From: Smithellaceae bacterium | Lineage (GTDB): Bacteria > Desulfobacterota > Syntrophia > Syntrophales > Smithellaceae | NCBI GenBank assembly: GCA_963667845.2 | Contig: CAXXVL010000002.1 | Coordinates: 1,856,001-1,920,000, forward strand | Length of the DNA: 64,000 bases | Direction: 5' to 3' | In this document: piece after piece, positions 38,376 through 47,988 of the stretch | Numbering within the stretch: the first letter of the stretch is position 1 | How the letters are laid out: each line of letters begins with the position of its first letter | The notes under the pieces: generated by a model | Told to the model about the DNA's origin: nothing | Database searches by the model: none | The model's input: only the letters and a program-made list of their open reading frames with translations | Program-made: the position numbers and the translations under genes

Positions 38376-39742
38376 AAAGAAGAACATACAAAGATCAACG
38401 ATACATGCTTTACGGCGATATCCCGATTATCGCTATCTCCTTCCTTTTGCTGCCGAGTGTCCTTTATAAAATTTTCCCTAATCCGTTAAAGATGATTGAC
38501 ACGATGAATGTAATTCTCGCGTCTGCCTGTCTGTTTGTCCTGTATTCCTTTTATTTGTACAACATTAGGCAGCGGATAAAAAATATAAACTTCACGTTCA
38601 GATTTCTCCTGGCTGTCACCATGATCAATATTGTGAACGTCTCTGTCATTTATCTTGTTCATCTGCGCGACTATAATTCATTGATCATCTTTATCAGCAG
38701 TTCATTGACTGTGATGCTGCTGATCATCTGGAGACTTGTTTTTATCTCGATGGCCGGGGTCGCAAAAAAGCCGCTTCGGATCATTATTTTCGGCGCCGGC
38801 AGCTCCGGACGGGGATTATATGATCTGCTGAAAACGAATGCCGGCTATCGTGTGGTCGGATTTGTCGATGATGACCGGGCCAAACGCGACCTCAATATCG
38901 ACGGCTTGCGTGTTTTGGGAGGGCGCGAGGATCTAATTACGTTAACAAAAAGATATGACGTCAATAAGGTGATTGTCTGCGTCGGCAAATCAATTCAACC
39001 GGATGTTTATCCCAGATTGGTCGAGGCCAACTTCGGCGGAGTGCAGGTCTGCGAGCTGCCCACCTTTTACGAAAAAATAGCCGGCAAGATACCGGTTCTT
39101 CAAACCAGTGACGTCTGGTTCGGTTACGCCGACATCTCCGGCGTCAAAAGAAATATCTACAATACCCTGCTCAAAAATATTCTGGATAAACTGCTGGCGG
39201 TTATCGTTCTGATACTGACGGCGCCTTTAATTATCTTAACGGCCGCGTTGATTAAATTGGAATCGAAAGGGCCGGTCTTCTATTCGCAAAAGCGGGTGGG
39301 TTTAAACGAAGAGATCTTCGTTTTGCACAAATTTCGTTCCATGCATATCGATGCAGAAGCCAATGGCGCCGTCTGGGCGCAGGAAAACGATCCGCGGACG
39401 ACTCGTGTTGGGAAGGTGATCCGTCTTTTGCGGATTGATGAGCTGCCGCAGCTTTGGAATGTCCTGATGGGTGAAATGAGCTTTGTCGGTCCCAGGCCCG
39501 AGCGGCCGGAATTTGTTCGGGAATTGAAGAAAGAAATACCCTACTATGCGTTTCGGCATTCCGTTTTGCCCGGCATTACCGGCTGGGCGCAAATCAATTA
39601 CAATTATGGAGCTTCGAAAGAAGATGCTCGGGAAAAGCTCCAATTTGATCTCTATTACATCAAGAACGAGGCGTTTTGGCTCGATCTTTCTATTCTGCTG
39701 CAGACCATTCCGGTGATGCTGTTCGGGATAGGTGCGAGATGA
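38372..39742 (+). CDS. priming polyprenyl-phosphate glycosylphosphotransferase (WcaJ/WbaP-like)
   Basis: TM region, Rossmann-like GAG/GFVDD, KFRSM, RIDELPQ, VGPRPERP and PGITGWAQ. Confidence 0.93.
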   Translation: MKRRTYKDQRYMLYGDIPIIAISFLLLPSVLYKIFPNPLKMIDTMNVILASACLFVLYSFYLYNIRQRIKNINFTFRFLLAVTMINIVNVSVIYLVHLRDYNSLIIFISSSLTVMLLIIWRLVFISMAGVAKKPLRIIIFGAGSSGRGLYDLLKTNAGYRVVGFVDDDRAKRDLNIDGLRVLGGREDLITLTKRYDVNKVIVCVGKSIQPDVYPRLVEANFGGVQVCELPTFYEKIAGKIPVLQTSDVWFGYADISGVKRNIYNTLLKNILDKLLAVIVLILTAPLIILTAALIKLESKGPVFYSQKRVGLNEEIFVLHKFRSMHIDAEANGAVWAQENDPRTTRVGKVIRLLRIDELPQLWNVLMGEMSFVGPRPERPEFVRELKKEIPYYAFRHSVLPGITGWAQINYNYGASKEDAREKLQFDLYYIKNEAFWLDLSILLQTIPVMLFGIGAR

Positions 39743-39755
39743 AAGGAGTGGGAAA

Positions 39756-40844
39756 ATGCGAATACTAGTCACAGGTGGAGCGGGCTATATCGGCAGTCAC
39801 GTTGTCAAGCAATTGGGTCGTGAGAACCATACCATCGCCGTCTACGACAATTTGTCAACAGGCCATGACTGGGCGGTTCTTTATGGTGATCTGATCGTCG
39901 GTGATCTGGCTGATGTCGGACTATTGAAGTACACCATAAAGAAATTTGCGCCTGATGCGGTCATGCATTTTGCGGCGTCGATTCAGGTAGAAGAATCCAC
40001 CAGATTACCTTTGCTCTATTATCAGAATAATGTCGTCAATACTCTGAATCTGTTGAATGCGATGCTCCAGAACAATGTTCGCCGATTGGTCTATTCCTCT
40101 ACTGCTGCAGTTTACGGTATCCCGGCGAAGGTCCCTGTCGATGAATCGGCGCCGCTGTGTCCGATTAATCCCTACGGGGCATCCAAGGTTGTGGTTGAAA
40201 ATGTCCTGCAGGATTTGGCCAGAGCCTCCGGGCTCCAATTTGATGTTTTGAGATATTTCAATGTTGCCGGAGCCGATCCCGACGGACAGCTCGGACAGGC
40301 ATACAAGGAGGCCACTCATCTGATTACGTGCGCACTGAAAACGGCCAGGGGTGCGTTTCCTAAATTGGCCGTGTACGGTACGGACTACAATACACCGGAC
40401 GGAACCTGTGTGCGGGATTATATCCATGTCGCTGACCTGGCCTCGGCGCATCTGTGTGTGCTGCGGGATCAGCATGCCCAAGCAAGCCAAAAGACCCGGC
40501 AAAATATCATGAACTGCGGCTATGGCCACGGCTTTTCAGTAAAGGACGTTGTCAAAATGACAAAGAAGGTAACGGGGGTTGACTTTGAGGTTGAGGAACA
40601 GCCGCCCCGGGCCGGTGACGCGCCCATGATTATAGCCGATTCGGAAAAAATAAAAAAGATGTTCGGCTGGAAGCCCCAATATGATGATCTGGAATTCATC
40701 ATCAGGACGGCGTGGGAATGGGAAAAGAAGTATGAACCGACAAACAGCACCAGTGCGGAGAAAGAAGATTATACACTTTCTGCGCCACAGGTGTCTGCGG
40801 CAAATAGTCTGCATCATTGCGCCGGCCAAATGACTTTCGCATAA
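39756..40844 (+). CDS. galE: UDP-glucose 4-epimerase
   Basis: MRILVTGGAGYIGSH, SSTAAVYG, PYGASK, RYFNVAGA, DGTCVRDYIHV. Confidence 0.95.
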   Translation: MRILVTGGAGYIGSHVVKQLGRENHTIAVYDNLSTGHDWAVLYGDLIVGDLADVGLLKYTIKKFAPDAVMHFAASIQVEESTRLPLLYYQNNVVNTLNLLNAMLQNNVRRLVYSSTAAVYGIPAKVPVDESAPLCPINPYGASKVVVENVLQDLARASGLQFDVLRYFNVAGADPDGQLGQAYKEATHLITCALKTARGAFPKLAVYGTDYNTPDGTCVRDYIHVADLASAHLCVLRDQHAQASQKTRQNIMNCGYGHGFSVKDVVKMTKKVTGVDFEVEEQPPRAGDAPMIIADSEKIKKMFGWKPQYDDLEFIIRTAWEWEKKYEPTNSTSAEKEDYTLSAPQVSAANSLHHCAGQMTFA

Positions 40845-40918
40845 TGATTGCCTTGAAGGGTTGATATATTTCATTTGAGCGTTTCATCTGCACAAAATAA
40901 ATCAGGTAAAGGATTTTC

Positions 40919-41887
40919 GTGATGACTGATCAAAGCTCGCTTGGTGGTTCTGGAACAGCAGGGATACTTCTCTACTGGCGGGTCATAAGCAGGCAGCGTA
41001 AATTTCTCGGTATTTTTGTAGCAGCAGCCGTCGTCTTGACAATGATCACATCATTGTTTCTGACGAATATCTACAGTGCTGCCGCAATCATTATACCCGT
41101 TGCCCCAAAGGAGACGGGCAGCAGCGGTATTGCCGCATCACTGATGCAGCAGGTAGGGGGGCTGCCGGGGATAACCGTTCCCGAAACGGCATCTTCCTCT
41201 GAAATTGTCACGTTGCTGAGATCAAACGTTCTGCGGGAAAAAATCATTACAAAAAATGATCTGCTGCCAAAGTTATTTCCTGAAGAATGGAATAAGGAAG
41301 CTAAAACCTGGAAGGTAAACGCCGGTTTTACCCTGAATCCGTTTACGCTGAGTAAAAAACTGATCCGATTCATAAAGCCCGCCGGTAATAAAAACCCGGT
41401 CCATGATGAGGGCATTCCCAGTATCTGGGATGGGTTGCGTAAACTGGACGACACGGTTGCAATTATGAGCAACGTCAAAGAAAAAACGATCCAGATTTCA
41501 GCCGAATCCGATGATCCGGTTTTGTCGGCACAGATCGTGGGCTATTATCTGTCCGCCCTGAACGATCACATGAGCGGTGAGGCAAAGAGAGTGGCCACGA
41601 TCAATAGAAGCTACCTCGAGGAACAGCTGTCCCAGACCATGGATCCGTTCATCAAACAAAAAATTTACAATATGATTGCCCAGCAGCTTGAAACGTCAAT
41701 GATGGCGGAAGTGAAAGAAAATTTTGCCTTTAAAATCATCGATCCGCCCAGAGTCCCCGATCGGAAGGTTAAACCCAAAAGGCTTCAGATGGTGATGATC
41801 GGTTTATTATCTTCTTTGTTTATCGGCCTCCTGATCGTCTTCATTAGAGAGAACTTAGATCGGATCAAAGCGCAAAAAAACAAATAA
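40919..41887 (+). CDS. wzz: polysaccharide chain-length determinant
   Basis: Two TM helices flanking a periplasmic region; IIDPP...KPKR before TM2; no kinase domain. Confidence 0.85.
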   Translation: MMTDQSSLGGSGTAGILLYWRVISRQRKFLGIFVAAAVVLTMITSLFLTNIYSAAAIIIPVAPKETGSSGIAASLMQQVGGLPGITVPETASSSEIVTLLRSNVLREKIITKNDLLPKLFPEEWNKEAKTWKVNAGFTLNPFTLSKKLIRFIKPAGNKNPVHDEGIPSIWDGLRKLDDTVAIMSNVKEKTIQISAESDDPVLSAQIVGYYLSALNDHMSGEAKRVATINRSYLEEQLSQTMDPFIKQKIYNMIAQQLETSMMAEVKENFAFKIIDPPRVPDRKVKPKRLQMVMIGLLSSLFIGLLIVFIRENLDRIKAQKNK

Positions 41888-41932
41888 TTTATTGTGGTCA
41901 TCGCGTGAGAAAAGGAGCGAAAGGAGATTAAA

Positions 41933-44833
41933 TTGCTTCGAAAATTATTCTTTCTGATTTTACTATCGATGCTGGTTTATGTACCGGATGTCGCTGTGGC
42001 CCAAACATCCTGGGGGAATTTAACGGCCGAGCAAAAAGCAGTGGTGATGAAGAAATTATCGCCCGAAGAACAACAGCTTCTTCGCAATGAACTGAATAGA
42101 CCTTCCAGAGAATTGACGCCTGAAGCGCTGGACGCGCTGCAGAAGTCTCCGGAATTTAAAAATTTAAAACCGGAAGACATTGTTCAGGGTAAAGAGCTGC
42201 TGGAGAAAAGTGTTATCCCCGCTTCCGTAAAACCGGAACAGAACAAAACAAACGGCCGACAAAGCAATGAAGCAAAACGCGATAGCGGAGACTTGAAGAG
42301 ACGCGTCGGCGACGAGGAAACGCCGACGCTTTTCAAACGCACGCGGGAGATCGGGAAGTATCAGGACATCTCTCTGGATTTAAAACCATTCGGTTATGAT
42401 TTCTTCAAAGAGGCGGCTGTCCGGGTGGTGACCGAGCGGAAGGATATTCCCGTGCCGGCGAAATATATCGTTGGCCCCGGTGATGAAGTAAAGATATTGC
42501 TCTGGGGGCGCGTCAATGCCCAATACAACCTCACGGTCGATCGCAACGGCAGCATCACCATACCGCAGATCGGGCCGCAGTATGTCGCCGGTATGACCTT
42601 TGAGCAGATGTCCACCCATCTCATAAAACAATCGAATCAGATTGTCGGAGCAAATATTGATATTACAATGGGCGCTCTCAAGACAATTCCCATTTTTGTG
42701 CTGGGGGATGTCAAAAGGCCGGGTGCGTACATGATCGGCTCTTTCGCGACGATCACGGACGCGCTTTTACTTGCCGGCGGGCCATCCGAGATAGGGTCTA
42801 TGCGCAATGTTCAGTTAAGAAGAAAAGATCAAATCATGACTACCTTTGATCTTTATAATCTTCTTCTGAAAGGCGACAAATCGTCCGATAAAATCCTGCA
42901 GGCGGGAGATGTTGTTTTTGTGCCCGTGTCAGGACCTCTTGTCGGGATTGCCGGAAATGTGAAACGGCCGGCAATTTACGAGTTAAAGGACAAGATTGAA
43001 TTGCAGTATTTAATAGACTTGTCCGGCGGCATCATTCCGACGGCTTATACTCAGCAGATTCAAATTGAACGGATTGTGAAGAATGAAAAGCAAGTCATTG
43101 TGGATATTGATGATAAAAATTTAAATAAAACCAGGCTGGTTAATCTTCAGGATTCCGATCTGGTTAAAATATTTTCGATCGTGGATGCTGACGTCAACGT
43201 CGTTTTTTTGAACGGCCACGTCAAAAAACCAGGGAAATATGAACTGAAGCCGGGCATGAAGCTCAGGGAAGTCGTCAGGGACATTGATGACTTGTTACCC
43301 GAACCTTATTTAAAGTATGCATTGATTAAAAGATCATTTCCGGTGAGCCGCGAGCCGTTGCTTATCCCATTTCATCTGGGTCACTTGCTGGACGGCAGTG
43401 ATGCCGGCGCGAACATCGATTTAAAGCCGAAAGATGATATTTACATATTCAGCGCCTGGTTTTTTAAAGATAAATCATCCTTTACTGTTCGGGGAGAAGT
43501 GCGCAACCCCGATAAATACGATTTGATCAGGAACAGCAAAGTCAAGGACGCGATCCTGGCCGCCGGCGGCCTGACCAAAGAAGCCTATCTTGACCGGGCG
43601 CAGATTCTGCGCGTCGGAAAAAACAGACAATACGAGCAGATCATTTATTTCAGCGTCACCCGCGCGCTCGATGAGAATGATGAAGACAACATTCCGCTGC
43701 AGGAAGATGATGTCGTCACGATCAGATCTCTTTCCGAAGTGTTTTATCGACAAACTGTGTCTGCAGGAGGTGCTCTCGCCAAACCCGGCAATTTTGAATT
43801 TGCAGAAAAAATGACCGTGAAGGATCTGGTATTTGCTGCTGGTAATGTTCTGGAATCCGCGTATCTTGACGCGGCCGAACTATCTTCAATGGTTATAGAT
43901 AACGGAGCGATTGCCAGAATGGTAACGAGAGACATCAATCTAAGGAAGGCATTAGCAGGCGACCCTGAGCATAACGAAGAATTGAAGCCCTATGACCGGC
44001 TTTTTGTCAGGAACATCACCGATTGGAGGCTGGAGCGTTATATCACCGTCTCAGGACAGGTCAGGTTCTCCGGGAAATACATGATTCAAAAAGGTGAAAA
44101 GCTGTCCTCAGTCATTGAGCGGGCCGGCGGTTATCTGGACGGGGCCTATTTGCGCGGCAGCGTATTTACACGAGAGAGGGTGCGGCTTGATCAGCAGAGG
44201 AGCATGGAGGAAATGGCGGCGCGGATGGAGAAGGATTTGCTGGTGACGGGCACGATGAAGGTTTCTACATCTGTGTCCGTAGAAGAAGTTCAGGCAAAAC
44301 AAAATGAAATAGTTCAAAAGAAAAAATTGATTGAAAATATCAGGAGCATCAAAGCAAAGGGCCGGATGACGGTGAAACTGGCGCCGCTGGAGACATTAAA
44401 AGGCAGTGAATATGACATAGCCCTGGAAAATGGTGATGAGCTTATTATCCCCGAAAGAAACAACGTGGTCGGTGTCGTTGGCTCCGTTATGGGTCAGGGC
44501 TCTCATATCTTTTCTGAAAAAGCCGATTATCAGGACTACATTAACATGAGCGGCGGTTATTCCGATTATGCCGACGAAAGTAATGTCTTTATATTGAAAG
44601 TGGATGGCAGCGCCAGGAAAGCAAAGCGCGGCCTGCTTAACTGGAATCGAAACCCCAATCATCTGGAAACGGTCGTTGTCTCTGAGCGGGACACTTACTA
44701 TGTTGAACCCGGGGACGTTATTGTTGTGCCGGAAAAGTTTGATCGCATTGCCTGGCTGAGAGAAATAAGAGACATAACGCAAATTCTGATGAATACGGCA
44801 GTGATTGCCGGAGTTGTTAAGGTACTATTTTAA
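41933..44833 (+). CDS. multi-SLBB polysaccharide export protein (Wza/KpsD-like)
   Basis: PFGYDFF, YIVGPGDE and repeated GxVxxPGxY...AGG SLBB units. Confidence 0.9.
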   Translation: MLRKLFFLILLSMLVYVPDVAVAQTSWGNLTAEQKAVVMKKLSPEEQQLLRNELNRPSRELTPEALDALQKSPEFKNLKPEDIVQGKELLEKSVIPASVKPEQNKTNGRQSNEAKRDSGDLKRRVGDEETPTLFKRTREIGKYQDISLDLKPFGYDFFKEAAVRVVTERKDIPVPAKYIVGPGDEVKILLWGRVNAQYNLTVDRNGSITIPQIGPQYVAGMTFEQMSTHLIKQSNQIVGANIDITMGALKTIPIFVLGDVKRPGAYMIGSFATITDALLLAGGPSEIGSMRNVQLRRKDQIMTTFDLYNLLLKGDKSSDKILQAGDVVFVPVSGPLVGIAGNVKRPAIYELKDKIELQYLIDLSGGIIPTAYTQQIQIERIVKNEKQVIVDIDDKNLNKTRLVNLQDSDLVKIFSIVDADVNVVFLNGHVKKPGKYELKPGMKLREVVRDIDDLLPEPYLKYALIKRSFPVSREPLLIPFHLGHLLDGSDAGANIDLKPKDDIYIFSAWFFKDKSSFTVRGEVRNPDKYDLIRNSKVKDAILAAGGLTKEAYLDRAQILRVGKNRQYEQIIYFSVTRALDENDEDNIPLQEDDVVTIRSLSEVFYRQTVSAGGALAKPGNFEFAEKMTVKDLVFAAGNVLESAYLDAAELSSMVIDNGAIARMVTRDINLRKALAGDPEHNEELKPYDRLFVRNITDWRLERYITVSGQVRFSGKYMIQKGEKLSSVIERAGGYLDGAYLRGSVFTRERVRLDQQRSMEEMAARMEKDLLVTGTMKVSTSVSVEEVQAKQNEIVQKKKLIENIRSIKAKGRMTVKLAPLETLKGSEYDIALENGDELIIPERNNVVGVVGSVMGQGSHIFSEKADYQDYINMSGGYSDYADESNVFILKVDGSARKAKRGLLNWNRNPNHLETVVVSERDTYYVEPGDVIVVPEKFDRIAWLREIRDITQILMNTAVIAGVVKVLF

Positions 44834-44926
44834 TCCCGCTCACGCGGGACGAGCGTTAATTCTCAGCAGCCTGCTGCGATATAATGACGTTCATTCAGAC
44901 CTTGACAGCTTCTGCGAGGTGGTTGA
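44829..44926 (+). repeat. ~100 bp palindromic intergenic repeat, copy A
   Basis: TTTAATCCCGCTCACGCGGGACGAGC...ATATAATGACGTTCATT...GAGGTGG; matches the reverse complement of 47853-47953. Confidence 0.85.
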
Positions 44927-45056
44927 CTTCATTGCCGCTAGATTCAGGAAGTCCACGACGATTAAGCAAAAGAACAGGTAAAAAATTGCCGATGATGTTT
45001 ATGACGTTTTTTATGATGACATTAAACTCGTCTATCTAAATCAGGAAAGGATCGCC

Positions 45057-45488
45057 ATGTTTAAAATCATGAGTAGCGGGCGTCAAAAGAAGAAAGGCTT
45101 CACCTTGATTGAAATACTTGTTGTGATGGTGATGATTGCCATGCTTGCCGCACTGGTTGCCCCAAGGCTTTTTCCTAAACTCGGCAAAGGCAAGCAATCC
45201 ACGGCTAAGGCACAGATCGCACTGCTGGAACAATCGCTGGATCAATTCCGTCTGGACGTGGGTAGATATCCTACCACACAGGAATCTCTTAATGCCCTGG
45301 TCAGTAATCCCAATATTGATAATTGGGATGGTCCCTATCTGAAAAAAGGGTTACCCAACGATCCATGGGGTTTCCCTTATCACTATCAATGCCCCGGAAC
45401 ACATGGCGAGTATGACCTTTTTTCTTATGGCCGCGATGGAGCGCAAGGCGGTGAAGGCGAAGACAAAGATATTGGAAGCTGGGAGTAA
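45057..45488 (+). CDS. gspG: T2SS major pseudopilin
   Basis: KKG/FTLIE cleavage site; FRLDVGRYPT, WDGPYL, DPWG and SYGRDG. Confidence 0.95.
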   Translation: MFKIMSSGRQKKKGFTLIEILVVMVMIAMLAALVAPRLFPKLGKGKQSTAKAQIALLEQSLDQFRLDVGRYPTTQESLNALVSNPNIDNWDGPYLKKGLPNDPWGFPYHYQCPGTHGEYDLFSYGRDGAQGGEGEDKDIGSWE

Positions 45489-45500
45489 AAAATATAAAAT

Positions 45501-47609
45501 ATGCGAAAAGCAATACTGATCACTGTCCTGTTGTTGTTTCTGTGCCCGTTGTTACTGCGCGCCGGTTCGCCGGATTCCGCAGGGCCCCTCGGGGCTTCCG
45601 AAGCCAACAAGAAAGAACCCGCTCAGACAAAGCCGATCATTGCCACCCCGCCGGCGCAACCGAATATCACCGTCAGTCAAAAAGAGGTCGGCCCTCAAAC
45701 GCCCGCCATTCCGGACACGCAAAAGAGCGGCACGGAGACGATTCCGCCGTCAACAAAAAATGGTTCGCTCGATCAACCCGCACAACCCCAGCCGGCCTTC
45801 ACGGCCCCTCCGACACCGCATTTGCACTCCCGACGCCCCATGATGCAAGCGGCTCAACCGGAGAGTGCGTCTGCGCCGTCTAATTTACCATCTGGACAGG
45901 CAGCGGTTCCAAACAGAGCCACGATAGTTTCTTCGAGAGGAAACTTTAGTCTGAACTTTGACGATGCCGATATTTATTCCGTCATCCAAACCGTTTTCGG
46001 CGAGATATTGAAAGTCAACTACATCATTGACGCCCGCGTGAAAGGTAGGGTGACATTCAGGTCTTTTGCGCCGGTTCCCATAGAAAAAATATTGCCTTTA
46101 ATGGAAGTCATTTTGAGATTAAACGGTGTGGCGATTATTGAGGAGAACGAACTCTACAGAATCATTCCCATCAGTGATTTGTCGAGAGAGCCTTCGGAAA
46201 TCAAAATCGGACGAAAGATTGTAGATAGCGAGCTGAAAGGCAAAGCCGTTTTGCAGATCGTGCCTCTCCGGTACATGCAGTCGACCGAGATCATTAAGCT
46301 GATTGGCCCATTTGTGTCCACAAACGCCGTGATTGTGGATGTGCCCAAAGCCAATCACATTATTATTGCCGACACGGATGCCAATGTGAAACGCATTCTT
46401 AATTTAATTGAGTACTTTGACGCGGAGATGAAAGACAAAAAAGGCGTCAGGGTTTTTGTATATCACGTGCAGAATGCCAAATCGAAAGACATTGTGGCCA
46501 TGCTGCAGCAAATATTCCTGGGAGGAAAGGCGCAAACAACGGACAAAACAGCAAAGTCTTCACAAGAGTCTACATCCTCTGCTCCTGCGATCCAACCCGT
46601 CATCGTCAACGCTCAGTCCGCTGGGCATGAGGGGGTTGTCTCAAATATTGTTAAGATATTTGCCGATGAAAAATTAAATGCAGTCGTCATTTTAGGCACG
46701 CGTGATGATTATGAAATTATTAAACAGACCATTTCCGAACTGGATTTGGTGCCCAGACAGGTATTGCTTGAAGGCGCCATTGCCTCCCTTCAATTAACGG
46801 ACAACATGAGTTTAGGGTTGGCCTGGTCTCTTAAAACAAATCTAGGCAATCTTAATCCGATCAATATATCATTCAATCCCACGTCGCTTACGGCGACTCC
46901 GGCATCCGACGGATTGAATGTGATCGGTATAGACTCCGGGACGACCGTCCGGGCGGTCATTAATGCTCTGGCCTCACAGTCAAAAGCCAAACTTCTGGCG
47001 TCGCCGCATATCATGGTGTCGGACAACAGTGAAGCAAGGATTCAGGTCGGCCAGCAGGTGCCTATTCCGACATCGGAGACCTATGCAGCCGTCGGCGTCC
47101 TGCCGCAGCGGACCATTCAGTATAAGGACATCGGCATTATTCTGAAGGTGAAGCCTCAGATCAACGACAGCGGGTTGATCAGCCTGCAGATATCACAGGA
47201 GGTATCCACTTTTTCGACGATTGTGTTATATTCCAATGAAAAGCAGATTATTCTCAACAAGACGGAAGCCACAACCGATCTGGTTGTTAAGGACGGCCAC
47301 ACCATTGTGATCGGCGGATTGATCAGAGAAGACGATTCCGATGCCATCGCGGGCATCCCCTGGCTGATTAAAATACCCCTCATCAGTTATCTGTTCGGCA
47401 ATACGACAAAGGAAAAAAACAGAACGGAACTGGTCATCTTGCTGACGCCTTATATTATCAAGGATCAGGAAGCCGCTGCCAACGCGACCTATAGAGTAAC
47501 GAACAAGATTACAGATGAAGAAGTCAGTAAAGAACTTAAACAGAACATTCATAGAAAAGTCGATGAACCTCAAAAAGAAACGCCAAAAAATAATCCTGCC
47601 GTCCGGTAA
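45501..47609 (+). CDS. gspD: T2SS secretin with Pro-rich N-terminal extension
   Basis: LNFDDADI, QVLLEGAI, IQYKDIGIILKVKPQI, IVIGGLI, GIPWLIKIP, RTELVILLTP. Confidence 0.95.
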   Translation: MRKAILITVLLLFLCPLLLRAGSPDSAGPLGASEANKKEPAQTKPIIATPPAQPNITVSQKEVGPQTPAIPDTQKSGTETIPPSTKNGSLDQPAQPQPAFTAPPTPHLHSRRPMMQAAQPESASAPSNLPSGQAAVPNRATIVSSRGNFSLNFDDADIYSVIQTVFGEILKVNYIIDARVKGRVTFRSFAPVPIEKILPLMEVILRLNGVAIIEENELYRIIPISDLSREPSEIKIGRKIVDSELKGKAVLQIVPLRYMQSTEIIKLIGPFVSTNAVIVDVPKANHIIIADTDANVKRILNLIEYFDAEMKDKKGVRVFVYHVQNAKSKDIVAMLQQIFLGGKAQTTDKTAKSSQESTSSAPAIQPVIVNAQSAGHEGVVSNIVKIFADEKLNAVVILGTRDDYEIIKQTISELDLVPRQVLLEGAIASLQLTDNMSLGLAWSLKTNLGNLNPINISFNPTSLTATPASDGLNVIGIDSGTTVRAVINALASQSKAKLLASPHIMVSDNSEARIQVGQQVPIPTSETYAAVGVLPQRTIQYKDIGIILKVKPQINDSGLISLQISQEVSTFSTIVLYSNEKQIILNKTEATTDLVVKDGHTIVIGGLIREDDSDAIAGIPWLIKIPLISYLFGNTTKEKNRTELVILLTPYIIKDQEAAANATYRVTNKITDEEVSKELKQNIHRKVDEPQKETPKNNPAVR

Positions 47610-47852
47610 ATTAAGGCCCCATTCATCATATGCCTTTGTCAGGATGGACCGCCAATGATCGGAAGTGTAAAAAAGGTTATGCATTGGCGGTCTTTTGTTC
47701 CAATGCATAATTCAGTTACAGTCATGAGCAAATCATCTAATCGGCAAGACCTGTTTCCCACCGTTCATATTGGATTTGATATAGAGCGGTGAAGACTCAT
47801 CATCTCTTACGCGCTCCCAAAATAGGCATGGAAAACGGAAGAAATCGTCTCG

Positions 47853-47953
47853 ATCAGCCACCTCACAGCAAGTTGTCGGGGTATGAAATGAACGTCATTA
47901 TATTGCATCAAGTTGCGGAGAATTAATGCTCGTCCCGCGTGAGCGGGATTAAA
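47853..47953 (-). repeat. ~100 bp palindromic intergenic repeat, copy B (inverted)
   Basis: Reverse complement shares the first 26 bp exactly with copy A and stays similar over ~100 bp. Confidence 0.85.
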
Positions 47954-47988
47954 TTTATCAATCTTATCAATCAGCCAAACAAAGGATC

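Noticed and set aside
30265..44833. PEP-CTERM/exosortase system suggested by the priming transferase
   Set aside because: No exosortase gene in the window and no PEP-CTERM tail on the MCO
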